Positions 54,658-64,000 of a DNA stretch of 64,000 nucleotides are shown here, in pieces (positions within the stretch are counted from its first letter, which is position 1; every line of letters starts with the position of its first letter). Under the pieces are notes generated by a model, which worked only from the letters and a program-made list of their open reading frames with translations, was not told the origin of the DNA and did not search any database. The translations under genes were made by a program, and so were the position numbers. Source of the stretch: Candidatus Aminicenantes bacterium (GTDB lineage: Bacteria > Acidobacteriota > Aminicenantia > Aminicenantales > JAFGBC01); contig OY969696.1 of NCBI GenBank assembly GCA_963702005.1, positions 1,728,001-1,792,000 of the forward strand, read 5' to 3'.

Positions 54658-55591
54658 ATGGACGTCAAAATTTTCATCGAGGACAAAGTTCGGGAGATCA
54701 AGGACACGGTCGGGACGGGACGAGCCATCTCGGCCTTATCGGGAGGAGTCGACAGCTCGACCTGCACGATCCTGGCCCACCGGGCCCTGGGATCCCAGCT
54801 CAAGGTCATCTTCATCGACGACGGCCTAATGCGGGAGAACGAGCCCCAAGACGTCGTATCGGTCTTCGCCGGCCTCGGGATCACGGTCGAGATTCTTCGA
54901 CGCCCGGCAGGCCTTTTTCAAGGCCCTCAAGGGGAAGCTCGACCCGGAGCAGAAACGCAAGGCGTTCCGTCAAATCTTTTACGAGGTCTTCGGGAAGGCC
55001 GTCAAGAAGAGCAAATGCCGCTTTCTCGTCCAGGGAACGATCGCCCCGGACATCATCGAGACCAAGGGCGGCGTCAAAACCCAGCACAACATCCTCGAAC
55101 AGATCGGGATCAATCCCGAGAAGGGCTTCGGGTTCAAGGTCGTCGAGCCCATCAAAGAGCTCTTCAAGCCCGACGTCCGGAAGGTCGCCAAGGAGCTGGG
55201 ACTGCCCGAGTCCGTTTATCAGAGGATGCCGTTCCCCGGTCCCGGCCTGATGGCCCGGGTCGTGGGCGAAGTGACGCCCGACCGCGTCGCCATCGTCCGC
55301 CGGGCGACCCGGATCGTCGAAGACGAGATCCGGCGCCTCAAGCCCTTCCAGGCCTTCGCCGTCCTCCTCAGCGATAAGGGGACGGGTGTCGAGGACGGCA
55401 AGCGGAAATTCGGCGAGATCATCGTCATCCGTTCCGTCGAGAGCAAGGACGCCATGACGGCCCGGGCGAGCCGGGTCCGCTGGGGCCGTCTCCAGAGGAT
55501 GGCCGGGCGGATCACGACCGAGATTCCGACCGTGACCAGGGTCTGCTACGAGCTCACCGGGAAACCCCCGGCCACGATTGAGTACATCTGA
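54658..55591 (+). CDS. guaA: GMP synthase ATP-pyrophosphatase subunit (stand-alone subunit B) with a 1-nt frameshift
   Basis: ALSGGVDSS, IDDGLMRENE; after a shift at about 54895-54898: DPEQKRK, LVQGTIAPDIIE, KTQHN, VEPIKELFKPDVR, PFPGPGL, KPPATIEY. No glutaminase domain. Confidence 0.85.
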
Positions 55592-55629
55592 GACCGGACG
55601 CGACCGGACCGGATTGAAAGGAGGGTTCC

Positions 55630-57372
55630 ATGCCCTTCATCGCTAAAAAGAAAGCCGAGGCCCCTACGATCGGAGTCTTCGTGCCCTGCGATCCGCGCAT
55701 CGACAAGGAAGCGAGGACGCGGGCCTTTGCCATAGGCGTCACGGCCGCCAAGCTCCTGGCGGCGCGCCTCAAACTCCCGGCCGGGACGGCGCCCAATGTC
55801 TTTCACTGTTCGCGGCTGGTCGACAGCGAGGCGACGGCCGACGCGGGCGCCCGGGAGCTTAAAGAAGCGGGCGCCGAGGCCCTTCTCATCGTCCCCGACA
55901 CCTGGTTCTTCCCCGGTAAGAGCGCCATGGCCCTGACGGCCCATTTCCCGCCCGCGACGCCGATCGCCTGCGTCGGCGGCAATAACGCCCCCAAGCCGGG
56001 GGTGGTCGGGATCGACGCCCTGGTCGGAGCCTACGCCCAGACCGGCCGGCTGTGTCCCATGGTCATCGGGATCATGCCCGAGACCGGCCTCAACCCCGAC
56101 TTCGACGCGAAGACAAAGGACGAGATCGCCGACCTCGCCCAGGCCATGCTGACCGTCATCGCCCTGCGCGGGAAGCGCTATCTGGCCGTGGACACCGATT
56201 CGATGCAGATGGAGACGGCCCTCAACCATGTCCACGCCGCGCGCCGCTTCTTCGGCCTGGAGAGCACGCGGGAGAGCATGAAGATATTCGCCGACATGCT
56301 CCGCAAGGGCGGCGGCTACGACAAGGCCGAGCTCCGCGAGCTCCGCAACTGGGTCCTCGCCGTTAAGTTCAAGGGGCGGATCTTCGCCAACCGGGACGAG
56401 ATCGTCCGGAAGAAAACGGCGGTCCTGACCGCCAAGGAGGTCAAGGCTCCGCCGCTGACGGCCGCCGACAAGAAGGCGCTCGACGACGGCCTGGCCCTCT
56501 ACCTCATCATCCGCGGCTATCTGCGGGACGTGAACGCGGTCGCCGGCGGCTGGACGAACCAGCTGGCCTGGGGCTCGGACCGGCGCGGCCTTCCGATGAC
56601 GACGGCCGACATCGCCGAATCCCTGTTCAACTCGACCGAGGACCACACCGGAAAGAAGACCGTCATTCCCTTCTCGACCGAGAACGACATCCAGGGCCTT
56701 CTGACCATGATCGCCTACTGCTGGCTGTCGGGAGGGCGGCCGCCGCTGTTCATGGACTTCCGCAAGGTCTATGAGCCGTGGGAGATCGAGCGGAACGCCC
56801 GCGAGCTGAGGATCGACGTCAACCGCTACCGGAACGAACTCTGGCTGAAGCGGGGTTTCATCGACGGCAACAACTCGGGCAGCGCTTCCCTCGACTTCGC
56901 CGAGAAGCACTTCCTGTTCAAGGCCGAGCCCAACTACTTCCCGGGCGGCGGATTCTCGGTCGGCTTCATCTCCCCCAAGGGGATCAAGGGCTTGGCCGGG
57001 CGGCTGGCCTGGAGCGACCTGGGCGGTCTGTTCACCATGGTCCAGGACGAGGCCCAATCCGTCGAGCTCCCGGCGCCGCTCGCGGAGAAGATCTGCCACG
57101 CCTCCGATTACACCTGGCCCCACACCTTCCTGACGCTCGACCACGTCCCGGCCGGGTTGGCCAAGGTCGGGATTCCGGCTAACCACTTCCACATGGTCGC
57201 CGGGCTCCCGCGCCGGCGCTGGCAGCACTTCTCGGACTACGCGCTCATCCTCAACTTTAAGTGGGAGAACGCGCCCGAATACGAGGAGGGCCTGGACCGG
57301 CCGCTGCCCATGCTCTGGCGCATCAACGGCGGAGAGACGGCGGCTAAGATGCTCCTGGCGGGCCGGAGGTAG
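55630..57372 (+). CDS. fucI: L-fucose/D-arabinose isomerase
   Basis: DPRID, TW.FP, PG.V, TENDIQG, FMDFRK, NNSGS, YFPGGGFS, TWPHT, ANH. Confidence 0.8.
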   Translation: MPFIAKKKAEAPTIGVFVPCDPRIDKEARTRAFAIGVTAAKLLAARLKLPAGTAPNVFHCSRLVDSEATADAGARELKEAGAEALLIVPDTWFFPGKSAMALTAHFPPATPIACVGGNNAPKPGVVGIDALVGAYAQTGRLCPMVIGIMPETGLNPDFDAKTKDEIADLAQAMLTVIALRGKRYLAVDTDSMQMETALNHVHAARRFFGLESTRESMKIFADMLRKGGGYDKAELRELRNWVLAVKFKGRIFANRDEIVRKKTAVLTAKEVKAPPLTAADKKALDDGLALYLIIRGYLRDVNAVAGGWTNQLAWGSDRRGLPMTTADIAESLFNSTEDHTGKKTVIPFSTENDIQGLLTMIAYCWLSGGRPPLFMDFRKVYEPWEIERNARELRIDVNRYRNELWLKRGFIDGNNSGSASLDFAEKHFLFKAEPNYFPGGGFSVGFISPKGIKGLAGRLAWSDLGGLFTMVQDEAQSVELPAPLAEKICHASDYTWPHTFLTLDHVPAGLAKVGIPANHFHMVAGLPRRRWQHFSDYALILNFKWENAPEYEEGLDRPLPMLWRINGGETAAKMLLAGRR

Positions 57373-57375
57373 GGC

Positions 57376-58662
57376 GTGGCGGCGCCGAAACGCAAAGTCA
57401 TCCTGCGCCGTTCGCCCGACTACGACCCGGAGGCGATCTCCCGCATCATCCGCGAAGGCATCGAAGATTTCGGGCTCTCCTCCCGCATCAGGGGAAAAAT
57501 TACCATCAAGCCCAACGTCGTCTTCGCCCATCATAAAATCGCGCCCTCTGCCTTTACCCGGCCCGAGTTCCTGGACGGACTCATCACCGCCCTCAAAGCC
57601 GAGGCCGCCGAGGAGCTCCGGATTTCCGTGGCCGAGAAGTGCGGGGCCGCCATCCCGACCGTCCGGATGTTCCGCCGGGCCGGCTATCTCGGGCTCCGCA
57701 AGAAACACGGTGTCCGGCTCGTTCCCATGGAGGAGGTCCGGAAGGTCAAGGTCCGTCTCGAGAAGGGGCAGCTCCACAAAGAGGTGACGCTGGCCCGGGA
57801 GATGGTCGACCGGGATTTTCTCATCTACGCCCCCAAGCTCAAGACGAACGTCCTGGCCCATGGCCTGACGGGCGCCTTCAAGCTCAACATCGGCATCCTC
57901 TGCGACAAGGAGCGGATGTGGTGCCACCACTATGACCTGGATAAGAAGGTCGTGGACCTGGCCGAGGTCGGCCGGCCCGATTTCATCGCCACCGACGCCG
58001 TCGAGTGCGCGATCGGCGGAAACCAGCTGACCGAGCACGGCCGTCCGTTGGGCGCGGTCATCCTGGCGACCGACCCGCTCGCCCATGACGTCGTCTGCGC
58101 CCACATCCTCCATCTTGACCCCGCCAAGATCGGGCACCTCAAGCTCGCCAGCGAGCGCGGCTACGGTTCCCTCGACCTCGGCTCGATCGCGATCGAGGGC
58201 GACATAACGCTCGACGAGCTCCGCGGCCGGACCAAGGACTGGGACCTGGGCTTCATCCATGCCTCCCGGCTTCCCGGGAACATGAAAGTCCTCTGCGGCG
58301 AACCCTACTGCACCGGGGGCTGTCACGGCGTCTTCCTCGACTGGATCTACATGATCAAGGACCGCAAGCCCAAGCTCTGGAACAACCTTCCCGCCTGGAC
58401 GGTCGTCATCGGCGAGTACAAGGGCGACGTCGAGGCCAAGCGGGTGTTCCTCCTCGGCACGTGCACGAAGGTCCTGGGGAAGCTCAAGGCCCGCCGCAAG
58501 ATCCGGATCAGGGGCTGCCCGCCCAAGCATAAGACGATCGTCATGTGGCTGTTCCTCAAGGCCGGGATCATCAACCCCATGTTCCAGCCCGGCCTGGTTA
58601 TGGACGGCTATCCGTTTTATTGGCTGTCCAAACTCAGGCGGTTCTTCAAAGAAAGGCTCTGA
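57376..58662 (+). CDS. DUF362-domain protein with Cys-rich C-terminal domain (probable Fe-S)
   Basis: IKPNVV, TRPEF, PKLKT, TGAFKLNIG, DPLAHD, CTGGC, GTC, GCPP. Confidence 0.75.
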   Translation: MAAPKRKVILRRSPDYDPEAISRIIREGIEDFGLSSRIRGKITIKPNVVFAHHKIAPSAFTRPEFLDGLITALKAEAAEELRISVAEKCGAAIPTVRMFRRAGYLGLRKKHGVRLVPMEEVRKVKVRLEKGQLHKEVTLAREMVDRDFLIYAPKLKTNVLAHGLTGAFKLNIGILCDKERMWCHHYDLDKKVVDLAEVGRPDFIATDAVECAIGGNQLTEHGRPLGAVILATDPLAHDVVCAHILHLDPAKIGHLKLASERGYGSLDLGSIAIEGDITLDELRGRTKDWDLGFIHASRLPGNMKVLCGEPYCTGGCHGVFLDWIYMIKDRKPKLWNNLPAWTVVIGEYKGDVEAKRVFLLGTCTKVLGKLKARRKIRIRGCPPKHKTIVMWLFLKAGIINPMFQPGLVMDGYPFYWLSKLRRFFKERL

Positions 58663-58665
58663 CCC

Positions 58666-60309
58666 ATGGACGGACGCCTCATCATCGCCGGCGAGAGGAT
58701 CGAAACCGCGAAGAAGCTCGCCTCGACGAACCCCGCGACCCTCGAGTCCCTGGGGGAGGTTTCGCTCGCATCGGATGAAGAGTGCCGGAAGGCCGTCGAA
58801 GCGGCTCATGCGGCGCAACGGGGATGGCGCGAGCTCCCCGTCGCCGACAAGAAGAAAATCTTCCTCCGCGTCAAGGACATCCTCCTCGCCCGAGCGGGGG
58901 AACTCGCCGAGCTTGTCTGCCGCGAGAAGGGCTCGCCTATCGTCGAGGCCAACGCCGTCGACGTCATCACTGGCCTCGAGATCCTCGGGTACTACGGCTG
59001 TCACTTGGACAAGATCCGCGCTCCCAAGAAGACCCGCCTTCATGTCCCCCTCTTCGCCCATAAGAAGAGCGCCTTCCTGTTCCAGCCGTTGGGCGTGACG
59101 CTCATCATCTCGCCCTGGAACTTCCCCTTCATCATCCCCCTCAGCGACACGACCAGCGCGCTGGCGGCCGGAAACACGGTCGTCCTCCGGCCTTCCTCGA
59201 CGACGCCCTTCACCGGGCTGTTCATCGGCGAAGTCTACACGGAGGCGGGGCTGCCGCCCGGCGTTCTCAATGTCGTCAACAGCCGGGCCGCCCAAGCGGA
59301 ATTCATGATCACCCACCCCACGGTCCAGACGGTCATGTTCACCGGCAGCGTCGGGATCGGGCGCCGGGTCATGGAGCTCGCCGCCAAAAACCTGACCCAC
59401 ATCGTCCTCGAGCTGGGCGGCAAGGACCCGATGATCGTCCTGGACGACGCCGACCTGGACCTGGCGGCGCGGGGGGCGGTCTGGGCCGCCTTCATGAACA
59501 CCGGCCAGAGCTGCGCCTCGATCGAGCGGGTTTACGTCGATGAGAAGGTCGCGGAAGCGTTCACGTCCAAGGTCCTCGAGCTGACCAAGTCCCTCCGGGT
59601 CGGGAATCCCCTGGATCCGGACATCGACGTCGGCCCGATGACGACCAAGGACCAGCGGGAGACGGTCGAGGAGCACCTCGCCGACGCTCGAATCAAGGGC
59701 GCCCGGATCCTGTGCGGGGGAGAGAGGCTCAAGAACCTGCCGGGATACTACCTGACGCCGGCCGTCGTCGCGGGCGCCGACCATACGATGAAAATCATGA
59801 CCGAGGAGACCTTCGGCCCGGCCCTTCCGATCATGGCCTTCAAGACCCTGGAGGAGGCGGCCGCCCTCGCCAACGACTGCGAGTACGGATTGACGGCCTC
59901 GGTCTGGACGCGGAGCAAGAAGAACGCCGCGTGGCTGGCCGAGCGGATCGAGGCGGGGACGGTGACGGTCAACGATCACATGTTCTCTTTCACCGACCCC
60001 AAGGCGATCTGGGGAGGGGTCAAGAAGACGGGCGTGGGCCGGTCCCACGGGCCCTATGGGCTTCTCGACATCTCCAACATCAAGCTCGTTAGCTACGACT
60101 TCCATCGCCGCAACACTCAGCTCTGGTGGTACCCCTACGACCGGGCCAAATGCAGTTTCATGAAGAACGCCGTCGTCATCCTCCATAGCCGGAAATGGAG
60201 GGCCAAGTTCAAGTCCCTGGGCGCGCTTTTGCCTCAGTGGCGCGCCATCAAGGCCGGCAACTCCCCGAAGAATCTGTGGAAGTTCACCGAGCGTTTTTTC
60301 CGGCGCTGA
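58666..60309 (+). CDS. Aldehyde dehydrogenase
   Basis: ISPWNFP, FTGSVGIG, LELGGKDP, NTGQSCAS, EETFGP, YGLTAS, WGGVK.TG.GR. Confidence 0.93.
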   Translation: MDGRLIIAGERIETAKKLASTNPATLESLGEVSLASDEECRKAVEAAHAAQRGWRELPVADKKKIFLRVKDILLARAGELAELVCREKGSPIVEANAVDVITGLEILGYYGCHLDKIRAPKKTRLHVPLFAHKKSAFLFQPLGVTLIISPWNFPFIIPLSDTTSALAAGNTVVLRPSSTTPFTGLFIGEVYTEAGLPPGVLNVVNSRAAQAEFMITHPTVQTVMFTGSVGIGRRVMELAAKNLTHIVLELGGKDPMIVLDDADLDLAARGAVWAAFMNTGQSCASIERVYVDEKVAEAFTSKVLELTKSLRVGNPLDPDIDVGPMTTKDQRETVEEHLADARIKGARILCGGERLKNLPGYYLTPAVVAGADHTMKIMTEETFGPALPIMAFKTLEEAAALANDCEYGLTASVWTRSKKNAAWLAERIEAGTVTVNDHMFSFTDPKAIWGGVKKTGVGRSHGPYGLLDISNIKLVSYDFHRRNTQLWWYPYDRAKCSFMKNAVVILHSRKWRAKFKSLGALLPQWRAIKAGNSPKNLWKFTERFFRR

Positions 60310-60332
60310 GCCCCCCTCCGCTACGGGGGGCT
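60309..60332 (+). terminator. GC hairpin after the ALDH gene
   Basis: AGCCCCCC-TCCGCTAC-GGGGGGCT; weak U tract. Confidence 0.4.
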
Positions 60333-60375
60333 TCAGAGCGGCATTCATCGCCGTTTTAGCGCAAAGGAGCTTTAA

Positions 60376-61848
60376 ATGATGATTCGAAGCGGACACCGGC
60401 GCCTATTTAATGAGATCGTGCTTATCGGGCTTTCCCTCACGGTCCTAGTCTCCGCGCTCGCCCCGGCCCAAGAGCTCGTCTCCAACGTCGACGGCAAGAT
60501 CCAGGTCGTCATACTCCACTATGCGACGGTAGGGGAGGGCTTCTGGTTCGACCAGACCGTCCTCTTCCGCGACCTTCTCGCCAAAATGGATAAGGACGTC
60601 GGGTTCGTCATCCTGCTCGGGCCGGACGATAGCGCGGCTCGCGCCCGGGAGGTCCTTAGGCCGTTCGCCGCGGAGAAACTCCCCGACGGCACCGCCCGCG
60701 TCAAGTACCTTGTCGTCGACGTCAAGTCGAGCCTGTTCTATCCTTGGGCGCGCGACCCTTATTTCATCCTCAAGGACGGCGGGGATCGCCCGGTCTTCCT
60801 CGACGCCGGGTTCAACGAGAAGCCGTTCCCGGTCACCAAGTTTCAAGAAGTTTTTGCCGATGCCCTGACCTTGGCCGGGACGATCCATCGCGGAGGCGGC
60901 AACGTCCGGACGACCGAGGAAGCGATCTTCCTCGGCATGGATACGATCCTGGGGATCGCCACAAAACGACGCTACGCGCTCTTCGGTCAGGAGAGCTACG
61001 ACCATCTCTACGAGATGGCCGCGATCCTCAAGCCGAAAGATGTCCCCGCCTATCGCGAGAAATTAGACGCCCACGCCGAGTTCCTCCACCGAGTCCTCGC
61101 GCCCGGAAAGAGGCTCGTCATTCCCGAGAAGGACCTGTTCTTCGAGAAGTTGGGCAAGGGCGAGTTCGAATTCAAGACAAAGACGGTCCGTAACACGGGA
61201 GCCCAGGCCGCCTACCACACCGATGTCTACCTCGGTTTGGGCGATAAGGATGCCGCCGGCCGTCGGGTCCTGTTCGTCGCCGACAGCCGGGCCGGCGCGC
61301 AAATCGCCGAGGGCCTGGCCTCGGACAAGAGGCGGGAGGTGGAGCGAGGCCTGCCTCGGGTTCTCGTCGCCGAGGGGCTGACGGCGGCCGGCATCCCCGT
61401 GACCGAGGAACAGATCGCGGCCCGGTTTGAGTGGGACAAGCGCAAGCTCCTTGACCTCGGTATCGGAGAGGCGAAGAAGCAAGCCGAGAAGTTCGACAAG
61501 GCGGCTGCTTATCTCGAGGGGCTGGGCTTTAAGGTCGTCCGCATCCCGTGCCTTCCCAACGGCCTGAACGACGAGGACGAAAAGAACGACGGCGTCGTCG
61601 GCGTTTCCTTCAATTATTCCAACGTCCTGACCGAGGTCTACGGGGACGTCCGCAAGGTCTACCTGCCCCGGTTCGGGTTCGCGGCGATGGATAAGGCCGC
61701 GGCCGCCGCCTACCGATCGGCCGGTTTCGAGCCCGTCTTTATCGATGGACTTCTGACCAACGCCCTGAGCGTCCTTGAGGCCGGGCTGGATTGCCTGACC
61801 TCGGAGATCCGCTTCCCCGTCCGCTGGGCCGAGGCGACCTCCAAGTGA
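60376..61848 (+). CDS. Exported pentein-superfamily (agmatine/peptidyl-arginine deiminase-like) protein
   Basis: WARD, GGGNV, HTD, NYSN, YLPRFG and GLDCLT occur in the pentein order; signal peptide ending ALAPA. Confidence 0.6.
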   Translation: MMIRSGHRRLFNEIVLIGLSLTVLVSALAPAQELVSNVDGKIQVVILHYATVGEGFWFDQTVLFRDLLAKMDKDVGFVILLGPDDSAARAREVLRPFAAEKLPDGTARVKYLVVDVKSSLFYPWARDPYFILKDGGDRPVFLDAGFNEKPFPVTKFQEVFADALTLAGTIHRGGGNVRTTEEAIFLGMDTILGIATKRRYALFGQESYDHLYEMAAILKPKDVPAYREKLDAHAEFLHRVLAPGKRLVIPEKDLFFEKLGKGEFEFKTKTVRNTGAQAAYHTDVYLGLGDKDAAGRRVLFVADSRAGAQIAEGLASDKRREVERGLPRVLVAEGLTAAGIPVTEEQIAARFEWDKRKLLDLGIGEAKKQAEKFDKAAAYLEGLGFKVVRIPCLPNGLNDEDEKNDGVVGVSFNYSNVLTEVYGDVRKVYLPRFGFAAMDKAAAAAYRSAGFEPVFIDGLLTNALSVLEAGLDCLTSEIRFPVRWAEATSK

Positions 61849-61858
61849 CCCGGCCGGA

Positions 61859-61887
61859 TTGACACTCCAGGACGATTTTGGTATTTT
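61859..61887 (+). promoter_or_regulatory. tRNA promoter
   Basis: TTGACA-N17-TATTTT, 11 nt before the tRNA. Confidence 0.7.
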
Positions 61888-61898
61888 GGGAACCTCTC

Positions 61899-61974
61899 GG
61901 CGCTATCGTCTAGAGGCCCAGGACAGGTGGTTCTCAGCCATCAGACCGGGGTTCGAATCCCCGTAGCGCTGCCA
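61899..61974 (+). tRNA. tRNA-Glu (anticodon CTC)
   Basis: Acceptor stem GGCGCTA/TAGCGCT; anticodon arm GGTGG-TTCTCAG-CCATC; T arm CGGGG-TTCGAAT-CCCCG; encoded CCA; 76 nt. Confidence 0.96.
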
Positions 61975-62176
61975 GCCTTAAATCCCCGTATTCCCCTGAT
62001 TTTAAATTGTATTCATGTTTTTCTTGTTTAAGCACCATTAGCCTAGATTAAGCGAGTTAAATCACTTTTTGTTACACAGTTGTGACACGGGGAGAGGTTT
62101 GCAAGGATATCGGACTACCTAGGAATAAGCACCCATGTCCCCCAGGGGAGAGTTTTGGAGTTGGATAATCCCCCTG

Positions 62177-62205
62177 TTGACACCCCCGTGCGGCGGGGGT
62201 ATCCT
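62177..62205 (+). promoter_or_regulatory. Promoter with a palindromic spacer
   Basis: TTGACA-CCCCCGTGCGGCGGGGG-TATCCT. Confidence 0.55.
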
Positions 62206-62244
62206 GCCAGTGTGGGCAAGAGGGAGATCCAGAGGAGGATCCGC

Positions 62245-63837
62245 ATGGCATGGAGATTGCCGGCATTCATCATCATCGTGATCGCGGCTTTCGGCATACT
62301 GGCGAACATGACTGATGATACTCCGCTCGCCAGAGCGACCGAAACTTCTCCGGCAGGCCCATCGGCGACGGTTCATACCGGAACGGCATCCCAATTTCTT
62401 AGGACTATCATAGGAGTTGGCGTCAAAGGAAACCTGAAGCCCGGGAAAAAGCCGTATGCTGCGGGCACGCGCGTCGAGTTTAATTTCACCCCTGTAGCCG
62501 AGTACTCGGCGGCCATGGTTGTGCTGGACGGCAAGCTTGTCAGGTCGACAGGCACCATCATTATGAGCGCCGATCATTGGATATGGGCATTCGGCAATCC
62601 TGAGAAAGGAACTGCATTCAAGAATGTCATGACCGTGCCCTCCGACGCTACAAAAATCCCTTATCCCGACTTTTATCAGAAGCGGCCCTCATTCACCTTC
62701 AAGGTGGCGGATCCCTATTGCGCGTTGACCTCCAATGTCATTGCCTATCCCCGTTCCTATCTGGGAGCCTTTCCTATGCCTGATGTTATGGGAGCTCCTC
62801 TTCCTTCCAGCATCCCCCGCGGAGTCAGTCCCCACGATGTCTGGAGCCCCACTCTTAATAAAGGCTGTGATGACGATATGCATAGCGCCTTCCTGAGCAC
62901 TCTGCGACGCTGGAAGGAATTGAATGTCCACTATCTCATGATCCCCCAATGGACCCGTGTGGTCGATTGTAAAGCAGATTCATTGCAGCTCGCTACGGGC
63001 GCTGGCATGAATATTCCCGATGCCGAGCTGGCCTGGATCGTCAAGCAAGCTAAGAAGGCAGGATTCGAAGTGTACGAATTGATGCAGGTCGCTTCTCGTG
63101 ATATGAACCAAGTCCTCATGCCTAATCCACCCCCGTTGGACTTTGCTTCCCGTTTCCTCGACGCCTATAAGCGATTTATCGTCGGTCGGGCCGCCCTGGC
63201 GCAGCAGTTGGGGATCGCCGCCTTTCGACTCGACTGGGGGGACTATTGGTTCGACTGGACCCCCTACAAGGATCTCTTCCTGGAGAAAATGACGAAGGCG
63301 GCGAAGCTGGTCCGTAGTGTGTATCACGGGAAAATCATGTGCGGAAATCTTGCCCCCGATATTGAGGAGACGGACGATAATTTTAAGAGCCAATTCGATT
63401 GGTTGGAGCAAGTTTTTACCCTCGGTGGCATCACGGAAGCAGAGAATGCGAACATTACGGTCTCCTTGTTGAAAGAAAAGCTGCTGAATGATTTTACGGG
63501 TATAGCGTACAAGATGGGCTCCGTCAAAAAGCCGGTGTTAATGGGACTTTTTGTACAATCTTACCGCGATTTCCTGGTCAAAGGATGGGTGGAGGACACG
63601 GAGGACACCGGCGAGCAAAAAAAGCTTCAGATCGATTTTTCGGTTCAAGCTATCGCTTACGAGGCAGCGCTGGAGGCGATCGCAGAACAAACTCAATTGA
63701 CGGTGGTCGGCGTAGGAACCTATCATTATTGGTGGACCGACTGCATCCTCCCCAAAGACAGCTTTCCCAATCACTCGGCTTCCATTCGCAACAAACCGGC
63801 GGAGTCTATTCTCTATCAATGGTTCAGGAAACGATAG
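62245..63837 (+). CDS. Exported TIM-barrel protein, GH113-like (tentative)
   Basis: Start ATG 62245 after GAGGAGG; signal peptide; IPDAEL..IV.QAK..G..V, VRSVYHGKI, Q...YEA.L, YWW and IRNKPAE.IL..WF resemble GH113-type barrels; lower GC. Confidence 0.5.
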   Translation: MAWRLPAFIIIVIAAFGILANMTDDTPLARATETSPAGPSATVHTGTASQFLRTIIGVGVKGNLKPGKKPYAAGTRVEFNFTPVAEYSAAMVVLDGKLVRSTGTIIMSADHWIWAFGNPEKGTAFKNVMTVPSDATKIPYPDFYQKRPSFTFKVADPYCALTSNVIAYPRSYLGAFPMPDVMGAPLPSSIPRGVSPHDVWSPTLNKGCDDDMHSAFLSTLRRWKELNVHYLMIPQWTRVVDCKADSLQLATGAGMNIPDAELAWIVKQAKKAGFEVYELMQVASRDMNQVLMPNPPPLDFASRFLDAYKRFIVGRAALAQQLGIAAFRLDWGDYWFDWTPYKDLFLEKMTKAAKLVRSVYHGKIMCGNLAPDIEETDDNFKSQFDWLEQVFTLGGITEAENANITVSLLKEKLLNDFTGIAYKMGSVKKPVLMGLFVQSYRDFLVKGWVEDTEDTGEQKKLQIDFSVQAIAYEAALEAIAEQTQLTVVGVGTYHYWWTDCILPKDSFPNHSASIRNKPAESILYQWFRKR

Positions 63838-64000
63838 GCCCGCCTTTATCAAGGCCGGAAAGATAAGCATTTCGTTTTCCGCATCCATCAGAAACAGTGG
63901 AGGGGTGCCACAGGAGGAATAAAATGTGTCTAAATTGTGACTGTTCCGTTCTCACAAGGTAAGATCTTATCAGTGTATGAATATAGTGGAGCCCCTAGAT

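Noticed and set aside
55546-60396. 1616-aa minus-strand ORF (also 10266-12980, 4281-6374, 18747-21089, 40918-42804 and similar)
   Set aside because: Antisense shadows of well-supported plus-strand genes; high GC3 suppresses stops on the opposite strand; no motifs.

Overview
GC-rich bacterial window. The gene families (Oar-type TonB-dependent receptors, GWxTD protein, TPR-fused sulfatase-like protein, 6-bladed propellers, PEGA proteins) suggest a diderm anaerobe such as Candidatus Aminicenantes/Acidobacteriota; this is inference. About 3.8-43 kb is a large glycan-utilisation region made of two convergent blocks. The + block has GH18, GH42, ROK kinase, SIS, MFS, GH116, sulfatase-TPR, TPR, ROK repressor, two tandem TonB receptors and GWxTD-TPR. 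The - block has GH29, GH38, an esterase, GH2, a GluP/FucP-type MFS, a ROK kinase and a CE4 deacetylase. GH20 follows. Next come an active plus a degenerate phosphohexomutase pair, a cell-envelope operon (PEGA/NHL, LptD-like barrel, lipoproteins), a guaA-B/fucI/DUF362/ALDH run, a secreted pentein enzyme, tRNA-Glu(CTC) and the start of a lower-GC segment. The most notable observations are: (1) a structured repeat family, one copy of which sits in-frame inside a signal peptide; (2) a tandem duplication of a promoter-operator-ROK-receptor cassette that kept a perfect operator but lost the repressor; (3) a ROK repressor with no canonical start codon; (4) an ammonia-lyase with Ala-Cys-Gly at the MIO site; (5) a candidate sRNA; (6) a SusD-less receptor locus with GWxTD/TPR partners. 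Two genes carry single-base frameshifts. No CRISPR array, rRNA, transposase or integrase was seen. All product calls come from motif recognition, not database searches.
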